This document shows, piece by piece, positions 28,513-38,588 of a stretch of DNA of 64,000 nucleotides. Below the pieces are notes generated by a model. That model had not been told where the DNA came from. It saw only the letters and a list, made by a program, of their open reading frames with translations, and searched no databases. This stretch comes from Candidatus Binatia bacterium (GTDB lineage Bacteria; Desulfobacterota; Binatia; Bin18): positions 4,288,001 to 4,352,000 of the forward strand of contig OY761159.2 of NCBI GenBank assembly GCA_963664395.2, in the 5' to 3' direction. Numbering within the stretch: the first letter of the stretch is position 1; each line of letters opens with the position of its first letter. A program made the translations under genes and the position numbers.

Positions 28513-30375
28513 ATGGACGAGCGGTCAGAGGTCTTTGCGTCTCAGGAAACGCTTGCCGCGTGCTACCGTCGCATTGGTGTTATCAGTCTGATCGTCTTGT
28601 TTGTTTTTTGCGCTCTCGGCTTTCGCTTGTGGCAGCTCCAAATCGTTGAGGGCGCCCGCTTCCGAACTCTGTCGGAAAAGAATCGGATTCGCCTGAAGCG
28701 GCTTCCGTCCATACGAGGGCTCATGCTTGATCGAACAGGGCGTGTCGTCGTAGAGAATCGCCCGTCGTTTGATGTTGTTCTGGTCCCAGAAGATACGAAA
28801 GATCGCCTGACAACGCTCCGGACTCTGGTGTCGTATTTGCCCGAGACCGCGGGCCTTTTAGAAGGGAAGGTCCCACGTAATCCACGTCGCCCTGCGTACG
28901 AAGGCATCTTTGTAGCCCGGGATGTCTCTTGGGATACGCTGGTCGCGATTGAAGCCCATCAGCTCGACCTCCCCGGTGTCACCGTTGAGGTGAGTTCGAA
29001 ACGTTCCTATGCCGCAGGGAACTTTGCTTCACACCTATTAGGCTATGTCGGTGAAGTGAATAATACTGAAATGGCTCAATATAAGGGGTACCGGCCTGGC
29101 GACCTGGTTGGCAAGGTCGGGTTAGAGAAGGTCTGGGAAGAAGCCCTGCGTGGGTATAATGGCGGGCAACAGATCGAAGTTGATGCAACGGGAAGAAAGT
29201 TGCGCATTTTGGACGAAGTCAAGACCCAGCCCGGGTACAATTTGCGTCTGACGCTTGATCTTGAACTGCAAGAACAGGTCGAACGTGCTCTAGGAGAGGC
29301 GGAGGGAGCCGTTGTTGTCCTTGCAGTAGAAACCGGAGAAGTCCTGGCTCTGGCCAATCGCCCAGCCTTCAATCCGAATCTCTTTGCGCGTGGTATCAAA
29401 TCCAACGAATGGCGTGCGCTCGTTGAGAATCCTCTGCACCCGCTTACCAATCGGGCCCTCCGGGGCCAATATCCTCCAGGCTCCATCTTCAAGCCCATCA
29501 TGGCACTGGCGGCGCTGGAGGAGAAGATTGTTACTCCTGAGACGCAGTTCAGGTGTCAGGGGGGCCTGCCCTTTGGTGGGCGAACCTTTCACTGTTGGAA
29601 GCGGTCCGGACATGGCCTGGTAGATTTGAAAAAAGCCTTAGTCCAGTCGTGCGACGTATACTTCTATCAGATTGGACAACGTCTCGGAATACAGAAAATC
29701 GCTCAGTCCGCGCGTCGGTTTTGGTTAGGCCAAGACCTGGGTCTTGCCCTCGATGCGTCGTCAGGCGTGATCCCCGACGTCGCATGGAAACGGCGTCATT
29801 TCAACGCACCATGGTATGCCGGTGAGACGCTGTCCGTTGTGATCGGGCAAAGCTATGTTGTGACAACACCACTCCAGATGGCTGTTGCGACTGCAGCCAT
29901 AGCAAACGGAGGAGTCGTCTATCGCCCCTTATTCGTCAAACAAGTTATAGGCGTTGATGGAGAGCCTATTCAGACCTTTGCCCCAGAGATTATTACACGA
30001 GCCAACTTCTCTGAAGAGCATCTCCGAATTGTTCGAGACAGTATGCGAGAGGTGGTGCATGGCGAGCGGGGAACGGGAAAGAAAGCCTTCCTGCCTCATA
30101 TTGAAGTAGCCGGTAAGACGGGAACCTCTCAGGTGGTGAGTGGTATACGGGGTAAAGATGAATATGTTCCCCGCCGCCACCGCGATCATGCCTGGTTTAT
30201 AGCATTCGCACCGGCACAGGCCCCTGAGATTGCTGTCGCGTGTCTGCTTGAACATGCCGGCCGGGGGGGTGGCGCCGTTGCTGCGCCTGTTGTTCGTCAG
30301 ATTTTGGAGGCATATTTTCACATCTCTGAGCAACGGAATCTGGAAAATGATGGGATTCGACAGACGCCTAGTTGA
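28513..30375 (+). CDS. mrdA: Penicillin-binding protein 2
   Basis: YPPGSIFK (SxxK), SCD(V)YFY and AGKTGTSQ motifs. Confidence 0.95.
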   Translation: MDERSEVFASQETLAACYRRIGVISLIVLFVFCALGFRLWQLQIVEGARFRTLSEKNRIRLKRLPSIRGLMLDRTGRVVVENRPSFDVVLVPEDTKDRLTTLRTLVSYLPETAGLLEGKVPRNPRRPAYEGIFVARDVSWDTLVAIEAHQLDLPGVTVEVSSKRSYAAGNFASHLLGYVGEVNNTEMAQYKGYRPGDLVGKVGLEKVWEEALRGYNGGQQIEVDATGRKLRILDEVKTQPGYNLRLTLDLELQEQVERALGEAEGAVVVLAVETGEVLALANRPAFNPNLFARGIKSNEWRALVENPLHPLTNRALRGQYPPGSIFKPIMALAALEEKIVTPETQFRCQGGLPFGGRTFHCWKRSGHGLVDLKKALVQSCDVYFYQIGQRLGIQKIAQSARRFWLGQDLGLALDASSGVIPDVAWKRRHFNAPWYAGETLSVVIGQSYVVTTPLQMAVATAAIANGGVVYRPLFVKQVIGVDGEPIQTFAPEIITRANFSEEHLRIVRDSMREVVHGERGTGKKAFLPHIEVAGKTGTSQVVSGIRGKDEYVPRRHRDHAWFIAFAPAQAPEIAVACLLEHAGRGGGAVAAPVVRQILEAYFHISEQRNLENDGIRQTPS

Positions 30376-31450
30376 GCATTTTGACTGGCTATTATTTTGC
30401 CTGACAGTCGGGCTGCTGTGTATTGGCCTGCTTGGAATCTACAGCGCAACGTATGAAGGGCCATCGCAGGCTAGTCCGCAGTTGATCCGTCAGCTCATCT
30501 GGGTCGCGGTGGGCTTTTGCGGGATGGGTCTCGCGTTTGCCATTGACTATCGTCGGCTTGAGCGCTGGGCCTATCTCTTGTACGGGGCGGGGCTGGGTCT
30601 GCTCATTTTAGTGCCGCTCATTGGCTCCTTTGGTGGAGGAGCACGCCGCTGGATCCATATTGGGGTGTTTTCTCTCCAGCCGTCTGAATTCATGAAAATT
30701 GGCCTGCTCCTCGTGCTGGCCCGGTTGTATCACCGCTCTGTCCCGACTGAGGGGTACGGCATCAGAGAGATTCTCGTTCCAGCCGTATTTGTGGCCCTGC
30801 CGGCGATATTCATCCTCTGGCAGCCGAATCTTGGGACGGCTATCACGCTGGGACTCCTCTTTCTCACTCTGACCTTTGCGGCGGGTCTTCGCTTACGGTC
30901 TTTGTCCATTCTTGCCCTGGTCGGCAGTGGCATCCTGCCCTTTGTCTGGACCTATCTCAAACCCTACCAGCAGCAACGAGTCCTGTCGTTCTTGTATCCG
31001 GACGTTGATCCACTCGGCGCAGGCTATCATATGATTCAATCAAAGGTGACGGTTGGATCAGGGATGTTCTGGGGCAAAGGGTTCCTGTTGGGGACGCAGA
31101 ATCGTCTCGACTTTCTCCCTGAAAAGCATACGGACTTTGTCTTTGCCGTATTCGCTGAAGAGTGGGGATTTGTGGGGGCGCTTGGATTGTTAGTATTGTA
31201 CTTCCTCCTGCTGGCGCGTCTGCTCGTCATTGCCCTACGGGCGCGTGAACGGTTCGGTTTGCTCCTCACCGTTGGGGTCGCTGGGATCGTATTCTGGCAG
31301 CTCGTGATCAATATCGGGATGAATGTTGGAGTGCTACCTGTTGTAGGAGTTCCCTTGCCTCTCTTGAGCTACGGGGGCTCCTCTCTGCTCACCACGATGG
31401 TAGCGATCGGTCTGGCGCTCAATGTGAGCACCAGACGTTTCTTATTTTGA
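30347..31450 (+). CDS. rodA: Rod shape-determining protein RodA
   Basis: GARRWI, LQPSEFMK, LPEKHTDFVF and PLLSYGGSS motifs. Confidence 0.95.
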   Translation: MMGFDRRLVEHFDWLLFCLTVGLLCIGLLGIYSATYEGPSQASPQLIRQLIWVAVGFCGMGLAFAIDYRRLERWAYLLYGAGLGLLILVPLIGSFGGGARRWIHIGVFSLQPSEFMKIGLLLVLARLYHRSVPTEGYGIREILVPAVFVALPAIFILWQPNLGTAITLGLLFLTLTFAAGLRLRSLSILALVGSGILPFVWTYLKPYQQQRVLSFLYPDVDPLGAGYHMIQSKVTVGSGMFWGKGFLLGTQNRLDFLPEKHTDFVFAVFAEEWGFVGALGLLVLYFLLLARLLVIALRARERFGLLLTVGVAGIVFWQLVINIGMNVGVLPVVGVPLPLLSYGGSSLLTTMVAIGLALNVSTRRFLF

Positions 31451-31466
31451 ACGCCGGCCGGCTGTA

Positions 31467-31790
31467 TCAGACGATGTCGTCAATGGCTTTCACCAACTGA
31501 GCTTTAGGAACAGCGCCTACAATTTGCTGCTTGACCTCGCCACCCTTGAACAAAATAAGATTAGGAATGCCACGAACCCCGTACTGTGCCGGTGTCTGAG
31601 GATTGTCGTCAACATTCATTTTTACAATTTTGAGCTTGCCATCATACTCGCTGGCGAGTTCCTCAACAATCGGAGCAATAGCCCGACAGGGGCCACACCA
31701 CGGCGCCCAAAAATCGATCAGAACCGGGATGGCTGCCTTCAGGACGTCGCCGTCAAAACTGGAATCCGAAACCTGCTGAATATCGGCCAT
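31467..31790 (-). CDS. trxA: Thioredoxin
   Basis: WAPWCGPC active site; GGAGG RBS before ATG 31790. Confidence 0.95.
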   Translation of the reverse strand: MADIQQVSDSSFDGDVLKAAIPVLIDFWAPWCGPCRAIAPIVEELASEYDGKLKIVKMNVDDNPQTPAQYGVRGIPNLILFKGGEVKQQIVGAVPKAQLVKAIDDIV

Positions 31791-31892
31791 AGCCTGCCTC
31801 CTCACAACAAAATTTTTTCTTCTCATAGCAGACACAAGCGGGTGAACCTATACCCTTGACACCGGACGAGAGGCAATTTACGGGAAGGATCT

Positions 31893-32885
31893 ATGCAGGT
31901 GCTTGTTACTGGTGCGTCTGGTTTTGTTGGTGGGGCTGTCGCTCGTGCACTTGTTCAGTCCGGCTTACACGTCCGCGTCTTCATGCGTCAGGGGGCAGAT
32001 ACTGATTTGGTCAAGGATCTCCCGGTAGACATTGTTACCGGCGATGTACGGGACTATCCCAGCGTTCTCCAGGCGGTCCGGGGCTGTCACCACGTCTATC
32101 ACGTTGCCGCGCTGTACAAATTATGGGTCCGTCACAAGCAAGACATGTATGACTGCAATGTCCTCGGCACGGAGAATATTTTGAAAGCGTCGCGCGAAGT
32201 AGGAGTGGAAAAGGTAGTGTACACGAGTTCCGTGGCGACACTTGGCCTTCCTGGTGATGGTGGTCAAGGAACAGAAGAAACTCCGGTCAGTCTCTCTGAC
32301 ATGATCGGTCATTACAAAAGGAGCAAGTTCCTGGCCGAACAAGTGACGCTTCAATACGCTCAAGACGGCTTGCCCGTTGTCATCGTGAATCCGAGTACTC
32401 CTGTTGGCGGGGGTGATATCAAGCCAACGCCCACCGGAAAGTTTATTGTGGATTTCCTGAACGGCAATATGCCGGGCTATGTGGACACTGGGCTGAATAT
32501 GGTCGATATTGAGGATGTTGCCCAGGGCCATCTTTTGGCCGCTGCGCATGGGAAAATAGGAGAAAAATATATTCTGGGCAATGAGAATCTGACACTCCAG
32601 CAGATTCTCCAACTCCTCGCTGAACTCACCGGCCGGCCGGCTCCTCGCTTTAAGGTCCCGTATGCTCTTGCCTTAGGTGTTGCCTATGGTGATGCGGCAC
32701 TGGCACGCCTGATTCCTGGCCGTGAGCCTTTCGCCCCTCCCGTTGGCGTCAAGCTGAGCAAGAAAAAAATGTTTTTCAGTCCGGCCAAGGCCAGACGCGA
32801 ATTGGGACTCCCGCAAACCCCCGTACGCGAAGCCTTACGCAAGGCCGTTACCTGGTTCCGTGAACACGACTATGTGAAAAGGTAG
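31893..32885 (+). CDS. hpnA: Hopanoid-associated NAD-dependent epimerase/dehydratase HpnA
   Basis: TGASGFVG, HVAALYKLW, MIGHYKRSKFLAE and DIKPTPTG motifs; upstream of hpnB. Confidence 0.85.
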   Translation: MQVLVTGASGFVGGAVARALVQSGLHVRVFMRQGADTDLVKDLPVDIVTGDVRDYPSVLQAVRGCHHVYHVAALYKLWVRHKQDMYDCNVLGTENILKASREVGVEKVVYTSSVATLGLPGDGGQGTEETPVSLSDMIGHYKRSKFLAEQVTLQYAQDGLPVVIVNPSTPVGGGDIKPTPTGKFIVDFLNGNMPGYVDTGLNMVDIEDVAQGHLLAAAHGKIGEKYILGNENLTLQQILQLLAELTGRPAPRFKVPYALALGVAYGDAALARLIPGREPFAPPVGVKLSKKKMFFSPAKARRELGLPQTPVREALRKAVTWFREHDYVKR

Positions 32886-32918
32886 GAGGGGACTGCGATG
32901 TCCTCCTAGGAGAAGGCG

Positions 32919-34127
32919 GTGACAATCTGTCTCGTGCTGGGGGCTCTTTCTCTGATCATCTGGGTAAGCATGACGTTGCATCCGGCGTGTCCGTGGGATT
33001 TTCGTCCTGTTGGAGAGGATAGTGCGCCGCCTTTTGACCCGCACGAGTGGCCCTCCGTTCAGGTCCTCATCCCGGCCAGGAACGAAGCCCGGGTATTGCC
33101 TGAGACTTTGCCCTCTCTACTGAATCAAGACTATCCAGGGGCATTTTCAGTAAGGATCATTGATGATCGCTCCCACGATCAGACTGCTGCGGTTGCGACT
33201 GCAATTGCGGATCAAGTCAATGCCAAGGACCGCCTGAGTGTTGTGTCAGGGACAGCACTCCCGTCGGGCTGGGTCGGTAAGATGTGGGCGCTCCAGCAAG
33301 GCGTTGTGGCGTGTGGCTTTGAGCAGGGCTGGCATGGGAGCCTCCCCGACTATCTTCTTCTGACCGATGCTGACATTTGGCACGCGCCCGATTCCCTACG
33401 ACACTTAGTGACAGAAAGTGAAGCTGGACAATTAGCGCTCAATAGTCGTATGGCTCGTCTCCGCTGTATAGCCTTTGCTGAACGCCTTCTTATCCCGCCG
33501 TTTGTCTTCTTTTTTATCTCGCTCTACCCCCTACGTTGGGTGAATGATCCTCGGAAAACAACTGCCGCGTCCGCTGGTGGGTGTATCCTGCTCTCCTCAC
33601 AGGCCCTCATCCGCATCGGTGGATTTCAGGCTTTGCGGGACCAGATCATAGACGATGTGACTCTTGCCCAACTGGTGAAGGGGGCCGGCCTTCCGATTCG
33701 GCTGGCCCTGAGTCGGACTGATGTCAAAAGTCTGCGCGTCTACGACAGCGTGCACAGCGTATGGCGCATGGTCCGACGTACTGCCTTTACCGAGCTCAAG
33801 TATTCTTGGCTCCGGCTCATCGGCACCCTCGCAGGTATAGCCGTCACGTTTGGTCTCCCTCCCATCTTTTTTCTGTGTGGCCTTGTATTTTTCAGTGTTC
33901 CCTCAGTTGTTGATGTCGAGGTTTCGGAACAGGTGGCTTTCCTTTTGATGCTCGAAGGAGGTATCGCCTGGGGATTGATGACCTGGGTGTATTCCCCTGG
34001 AGTGCACTTTTTTGGTTTACGCAGAGTCTGGGGCTTGACCTTACCGCTGGCCGCAGCACTATATGAAGCCATGACCCTCGATTCGGCACTCCGCCATGCC
34101 CAGAAAAAACGCGTTGACTGGCGCTAG
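32919..34127 (+). CDS. hpnB: Hopene-associated glycosyltransferase HpnB
   Basis: IPARNEA, LPSGWVGKMWAL, LLTDADI, IIDDVTLA and WRMVRRTAFTELKYS motifs. Confidence 0.85.
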   Translation: MTICLVLGALSLIIWVSMTLHPACPWDFRPVGEDSAPPFDPHEWPSVQVLIPARNEARVLPETLPSLLNQDYPGAFSVRIIDDRSHDQTAAVATAIADQVNAKDRLSVVSGTALPSGWVGKMWALQQGVVACGFEQGWHGSLPDYLLLTDADIWHAPDSLRHLVTESEAGQLALNSRMARLRCIAFAERLLIPPFVFFFISLYPLRWVNDPRKTTAASAGGCILLSSQALIRIGGFQALRDQIIDDVTLAQLVKGAGLPIRLALSRTDVKSLRVYDSVHSVWRMVRRTAFTELKYSWLRLIGTLAGIAVTFGLPPIFFLCGLVFFSVPSVVDVEVSEQVAFLLMLEGGIAWGLMTWVYSPGVHFFGLRRVWGLTLPLAAALYEAMTLDSALRHAQKKRVDWR

Positions 34128-34149
34128 GTTCCTCTGTACATGGAGCGGT

Positions 34150-34914
34150 ATGCTCTGGCCTATCGTTGTCTTTACTGCGCTTGCCTGGGAAAGCGCGGCG
34201 GTTCGATCGGTACTGCATCAAGTACGGCGAGAGCGAGAAGGGGTCTGGCGCGGCTCAAGCGGGCGTCGTGATGTTGTCATTGTCACCGGGGGGATAGGGC
34301 CGCACCGTGCCCGTCAGACGGTCGAAGAATTTGCGGATACACCGCTTTCGGCTGTTCTCTCTGTTGGCTGCGCTGGGGCGTTGATTCCAGGGCTCACCAC
34401 CGGCCAGCTTGTTCTGGCTCCGACTGTGCGCATGTATGCTGAGGAGATGGCAGGGCAGCTCGACACTTTCGTAGTGGATAAGCGCCTTCTCAGTGCTGCT
34501 CAGAACGCCGCACAGCAGGCCGGCGTAGAAACGACTGAAGGGGCACTCGTCACGAGTCGTCGTGTCCTCTTTACCCCGCAAGAAAAAGAAGAGCGAGGGC
34601 GAGAGACAGATTGTATTGCCGTTGAGATGGAAAGCGGAGTCCATGCGGCCTTTGCTGCGGAGCGTACGCTGCCATTTTTAGCCTTACGAGTTGTTCTTGA
34701 TTCGGTTGATATGGCCATTCCACCTATGAAAGGGGTCATAACCTCAGAGGGGAAAATCCGACTCTCCAAGGCTGTGACCCATATCGCAACCCATCCGCAT
34801 CACCTGCCGTTTTTATTACGGCTGCAACAATGCCGCAAGCAGGCGGCCGAAGCGATCTCGCGCTTATGCCGGACGTTCTTCCCGAGGCTAGATGAAATCG
34901 ACCTATCGAGGTGA
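34150..34914 (+). CDS. Nucleoside phosphorylase family protein, HpnG-like
   Basis: GGIGP, SVGCAGAL, AVEMES and LALRVVLD motifs; in the hpn cluster. Confidence 0.7.
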   Translation: MLWPIVVFTALAWESAAVRSVLHQVRREREGVWRGSSGRRDVVIVTGGIGPHRARQTVEEFADTPLSAVLSVGCAGALIPGLTTGQLVLAPTVRMYAEEMAGQLDTFVVDKRLLSAAQNAAQQAGVETTEGALVTSRRVLFTPQEKEERGRETDCIAVEMESGVHAAFAAERTLPFLALRVVLDSVDMAIPPMKGVITSEGKIRLSKAVTHIATHPHHLPFLLRLQQCRKQAAEAISRLCRTFFPRLDEIDLSR

Positions 34915-35766
34915 GGGCGATTGTCCGGCATCGTATTTTTTCTTTTCCGAAATTTTTTCCGCTAACAATTTCTTTTGTAATTCATAGGCCGGTCTGGCCT
35001 GCTCGCGTTCGCCCCGAACGAGATAAAACCGAACAGCTTGTCCGAGTGTCTCTATGGCTTTCTCTGGCTGACCAACCTTGCTGTACGCAACTCCGAGCCC
35101 GTCGTGCGCCGCCGGGTCTCGGGGGTGCTGCTTAATGACCTCTTGGTAATACTGAATAGCCTGCTCGTATTGTCCTTTTCCTACGTAGGCCGCGGCCAGG
35201 CGGGTATGGGCGGTACTCTTACTTGGGTCGAGTCGAACAGATTCCTGGTATTCTTGTATCGCTTGATCGAGCTGTCCTTGTCGCGCAAGCTCCTGGCCCA
35301 ACTCAAAATGGGCGGCTGCTGACGAGCCATTAATCCTGAGTGCCTGTTGGAATGCGGCTCGCGCCTTGTCAAATTTCTCTTCTTGGCGAAAGGCAATCCC
35401 TTCGTTCACATAATACCCTTCAAGAAAATTCCTTGCTCCAGGGTGGTTAGGGTTGAGTTGCAGGACTGTTTTGTAGGATTGAATCGCGTCTTCTATTGCA
35501 CCAACTTTTTCGCGCACAACGCCGAGACGGTAGTGCGCCTCAACATGATTAGGGTCAATTTCGGTGAGAATCCAATAGTATTCGGCCATGGCCTCGCCCC
35601 AGCGCATCTCGTTCTCAAATTTGCGGCCGCTGTCAATATAATTCTGAGGATTCGCGGCGAGTAGCCCAACCGCGCTAGAGCTTACGACGAGGGCCAATAG
35701 ACCCGTATATATGCGTCTCACAATGCCTCCGATATGCCTTACTAGAGTACGAGTCTGGCACGCCAT
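34903..35766 (-). CDS. Tetratricopeptide repeat protein
   Basis: Repeated AHYRLG/AHFELG/AHDGLG..AI..Y TPR pattern with a hydrophobic N-terminus. Confidence 0.85.
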   Translation of the reverse strand: MACQTRTLVRHIGGIVRRIYTGLLALVVSSSAVGLLAANPQNYIDSGRKFENEMRWGEAMAEYYWILTEIDPNHVEAHYRLGVVREKVGAIEDAIQSYKTVLQLNPNHPGARNFLEGYYVNEGIAFRQEEKFDKARAAFQQALRINGSSAAAHFELGQELARQGQLDQAIQEYQESVRLDPSKSTAHTRLAAAYVGKGQYEQAIQYYQEVIKQHPRDPAAHDGLGVAYSKVGQPEKAIETLGQAVRFYLVRGEREQARPAYELQKKLLAEKISEKKKYDAGQSPSPR

Positions 35767-35916
35767 CCATTATGGCTGGTATCAGAACGCTTTCCCCCCC
35801 CATGCGTCAAGACCGCTGCATGGAGGTCGGGGAAAGATATCTCCCTCTAGGCGACGCGCGGCGGGTCGGCTACAATACCCTCTATGGGAACACTGCTCAA
35901 TGAGACGGAGGAGGCG

Positions 35917-36138
35917 ATGGCTCCATGTGAGCATCTCATACATGCTGAAGAACAGATGCGAGATCTACTCTGTGTGATCAACGATCACCTCAAATTGTAT
36001 GACCCGGACGAAGATACCTATGGCTCACTCTTGTCGGTAGCGCACCATATGAATGAAGGGCTGCGGGAACTCGGGTATTTACTCGATCAGGCCGAGGAGA
36101 ATGGTTCCTCAGGAGTAGTCAAAGAAGTTGGCCACTAG
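35917..36138 (+). CDS. Small hypothetical acidic protein
   Basis: GGAGG RBS before ATG 35917; TACAAT -10-like box upstream; no recognisable family. Confidence 0.45.
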   Translation: MAPCEHLIHAEEQMRDLLCVINDHLKLYDPDEDTYGSLLSVAHHMNEGLRELGYLLDQAEENGSSGVVKEVGH

Positions 36139-36430
36139 TCCGGACTCGCCAGAAGAACCCACTCACGCATTATGCAACCTCCAGTAAAGCAACTGCCCAA
36201 ACAACAGCGTCTTTTGACGGCAAAAAACGGTTTTGTCCTACACGTCTCCCCGCGGACCAAGCCAAAAGAGCTGAAAATGGCAAAGTCTGCGGGTCCACAT
36301 CTGATTTATGGCATATCGTATGCCTATCCTATCCCTATCCCGGTGACGCTGAGTAATTAATGCGTGGCGAGGGGCCGATTAGGCTCGTGCTATGAACGGG
36401 GGTATGATCCTACCTTCGCTCTCCTGATGC

Positions 36431-37453
36431 TTAAACGGCTGGTTGAGAGACTAAGCCAAAGTCCCTAACGCGCTCTAGGTCTGTAAATCCTTCGTATTGT
36501 TTGACAGCGGCAATCCATTTCTTGCCGTGTCGTTGAAGGTCGAACCTTGGATCATTTTGAAGATCTTTAAGGGAGGTTGAGAGCACCTTGCCTAAAATAA
36601 CCTTATCGCGATCATCGGTGTATTGTGTTGCAAGTGTTCCGTCCGGTAAGACCAGAAGAAAATATCCATCCTGCTCGGTGCGGTTGGAATACCGTACTCT
36701 CATCCAGGTGAAGTTCCTTCGTATTAGATGGATCTGCTCGCATATTAACTTATCTTCGACCTTCCACCGTTCTTCGTAAGAATGTTGGGCACGGCCAGCA
36801 TGGAGAATTCGAGAGATGTTCCATTCGAGAACGCCAATGACAGCAAGTCGCTCTGCCAGTTCAAACAACCCATGCTGATTGTGCTTTCCAATACAAGTAA
36901 GAACTCTCACCTTGTACCCAGCGTTGACCGTTCTCGATAGGAATTCAAAAACCTGATTGAGTGATCCCCTTGAAGTCTTATCGTTTCTGAGAACTCGACT
37001 CGATTCATGAACCCCCGAAAAACCGGAGTCGATACTTACATGAAACCTTACATTGGAAGGAAACCCGACAGGCCCGCTTTTATGCAAAGGCATTCCGTTT
37101 GTACTTAAAATCACATTCAGCCCGGCATCAGTTGCTACCCGTGCAATCGAGCGGATGTCTTCTCTAATAGTTGGTTCACCACCAGAGAGATCAACCCTCA
37201 TGAGACCCAATCCCCTCAGGTGCTTAAAAACCTCTGACCACTCCTGCCAATTCAGCTCAGATTTAGGAAGGGCTTCATCATTTCCGTAACAGAATTCACA
37301 GCGCAAATTACATCGCCCTGTGACTAGGCAGCCGGCCGAAATAGGCCGATTGATAAGCACTGAATCTATCTCTCCGTAAACTGCTGCCTCAAATTCGTCA
37401 AGGATGGGATCATATTCCACTCTACCCCAAGTTTCTTCTCTATGGTCAATCAT
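36431..37453 (-). CDS. Radical SAM protein without SPASM cysteines
   Basis: CNLRCEFC, SGGEP, STNG and VSIDS motifs; AT-richer than the flanks. Confidence 0.88.
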   Translation of the reverse strand: MIDHREETWGRVEYDPILDEFEAAVYGEIDSVLINRPISAGCLVTGRCNLRCEFCYGNDEALPKSELNWQEWSEVFKHLRGLGLMRVDLSGGEPTIREDIRSIARVATDAGLNVILSTNGMPLHKSGPVGFPSNVRFHVSIDSGFSGVHESSRVLRNDKTSRGSLNQVFEFLSRTVNAGYKVRVLTCIGKHNQHGLFELAERLAVIGVLEWNISRILHAGRAQHSYEERWKVEDKLICEQIHLIRRNFTWMRVRYSNRTEQDGYFLLVLPDGTLATQYTDDRDKVILGKVLSTSLKDLQNDPRFDLQRHGKKWIAAVKQYEGFTDLERVRDFGLVSQPAV

Positions 37454-37477
37454 GTTCCCTCACTCTGTCACGGGGAA

Positions 37478-38179
37478 TCATCGCACCAAGCCAAGCCCCT
37501 CAAGCTGAATCGCCATCGCTGTGGGCGAGACTCCAAATAGGTCCGCTAGAGGGATTACGGAGGTGCTTTGCCAAATCTCTGCCCGTGCTAGGAGCAAAGC
37601 CCGATATCTTGGTCCACGGGCTGCAAGCTCGGACGGTTCGATTTTGGTCGGAGAGGCGGCGGAAAACCAAAAAGCTAAGTCGTCATTAGGCATTCTACCA
37701 TCAATGGGGGGTCCGAAACTTTTATGGAACACCTTATTAAGCAGTTTAGTGGGCATCAAAAGTTCTGCGGCAAAAGCGTCAGCTTCTACCTCCTCATGTG
37801 GCCTCTTGTAATCGTCCCGCTCCGAACCATTAAGGGGGCGCTCTCTGAGGAGGACGACAGCCGGGTGCAAAATCCAATGACCGAGTTCATGCGCTAAAGT
37901 GAACCGACGCCACTGTCTCTTGTATTTTTGGGCGGCCACGATTCTTTTTCCCACACGATCAATAAAACCTGCAATTTCGAGCCCTTCTTCTTCAGATGGA
38001 ATTTCCTCTGGTTCTTCAACCCTGATTCCTAAGACGTTATGGATAACGAAGGGCACGTCGAGTGGGAATAGCTCCTTTGGATCAATATCACGAGACCAGA
38101 ATTCCCCCCGTCTCTTCCAGAATCCTCGCAGCAACTCCTGCGCTGCATTGACCGCTCGTACGTTTCTTTCTGGTGGCAT
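37478..38179 (-). CDS. ImmA/IrrE family Zn metallopeptidase
   Basis: RRFTLAHELGHW, EVEADAFAAELLMP and LADLFGVSPTAM motifs. Confidence 0.88.
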   Translation of the reverse strand: MPPERNVRAVNAAQELLRGFWKRRGEFWSRDIDPKELFPLDVPFVIHNVLGIRVEEPEEIPSEEEGLEIAGFIDRVGKRIVAAQKYKRQWRRFTLAHELGHWILHPAVVLLRERPLNGSERDDYKRPHEEVEADAFAAELLMPTKLLNKVFHKSFGPPIDGRMPNDDLAFWFSAASPTKIEPSELAARGPRYRALLLARAEIWQSTSVIPLADLFGVSPTAMAIQLEGLGLVR

Positions 38180-38259
38180 TGCTTCACAACCCCAATATAT
38201 TGAGCCTACTTGCCTCCATACCACTATATATAGATAAAAGCAACATTATTGCGCCGTTT

Positions 38260-38291
38260 AGGCTAGAGCCTTTCACGATAGGCTCTAGCCT
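38260..38291. repeat. Perfect 12-bp inverted repeat at the islet border
   Basis: AGGCTAGAGCCT-N8-AGGCTCTAGCCT. Confidence 0.8.
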
Positions 38292-38342
38292 TATAGCTGC
38301 CCGTTCGTTTCGTATCCGTGCAGCGAGGGAAACGCGGCCACA

Positions 38343-38567
38343 AGCCTGCTGCCTCCTTGCGTCTACACAGAATCGTGATTTACTCTAGTATGGCATGCGG
38401 TGGTGGGTGCCCGGTCCGTTAAGGCTGGAAACCTCTGCTATCGCTCCGACCAAGGTCAACCGCGGCGCGCTATGCCGCGCCCCGCCCGGTTTGATACCGG
38501 CCCGCCCCAGAGAGGCCCTCAGTTTCCCCGTATGCCGCCCCTTGCCTCCCGTCCCCCACAACAGGCT
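38343..38567 (-). ncRNA. Structured non-coding RNA candidate (possibly 6S-like); strand inferred
   Basis: Nested complementary segments form a long interrupted rod; contains GGCACCCACC; no credible ORF; directly downstream of nrdJ. Confidence 0.5.
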
Positions 38568-38588
38568 CTTTACCCCGCTGGGCAAAGT

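Noticed and set aside
36309-36324. TGGCATATCGTATGCC as a sigma-54 promoter or palindromic operator
   Set aside because: The GG/GC spacing fits, but no convincing downstream gene exists on either strand, so it is unsupported.
36431-38291. Labelling the islet a mobile element or integron cassette
   Set aside because: No integrase, transposase, direct repeats or attC core sites were recognised; only the composition shift and one inverted repeat.
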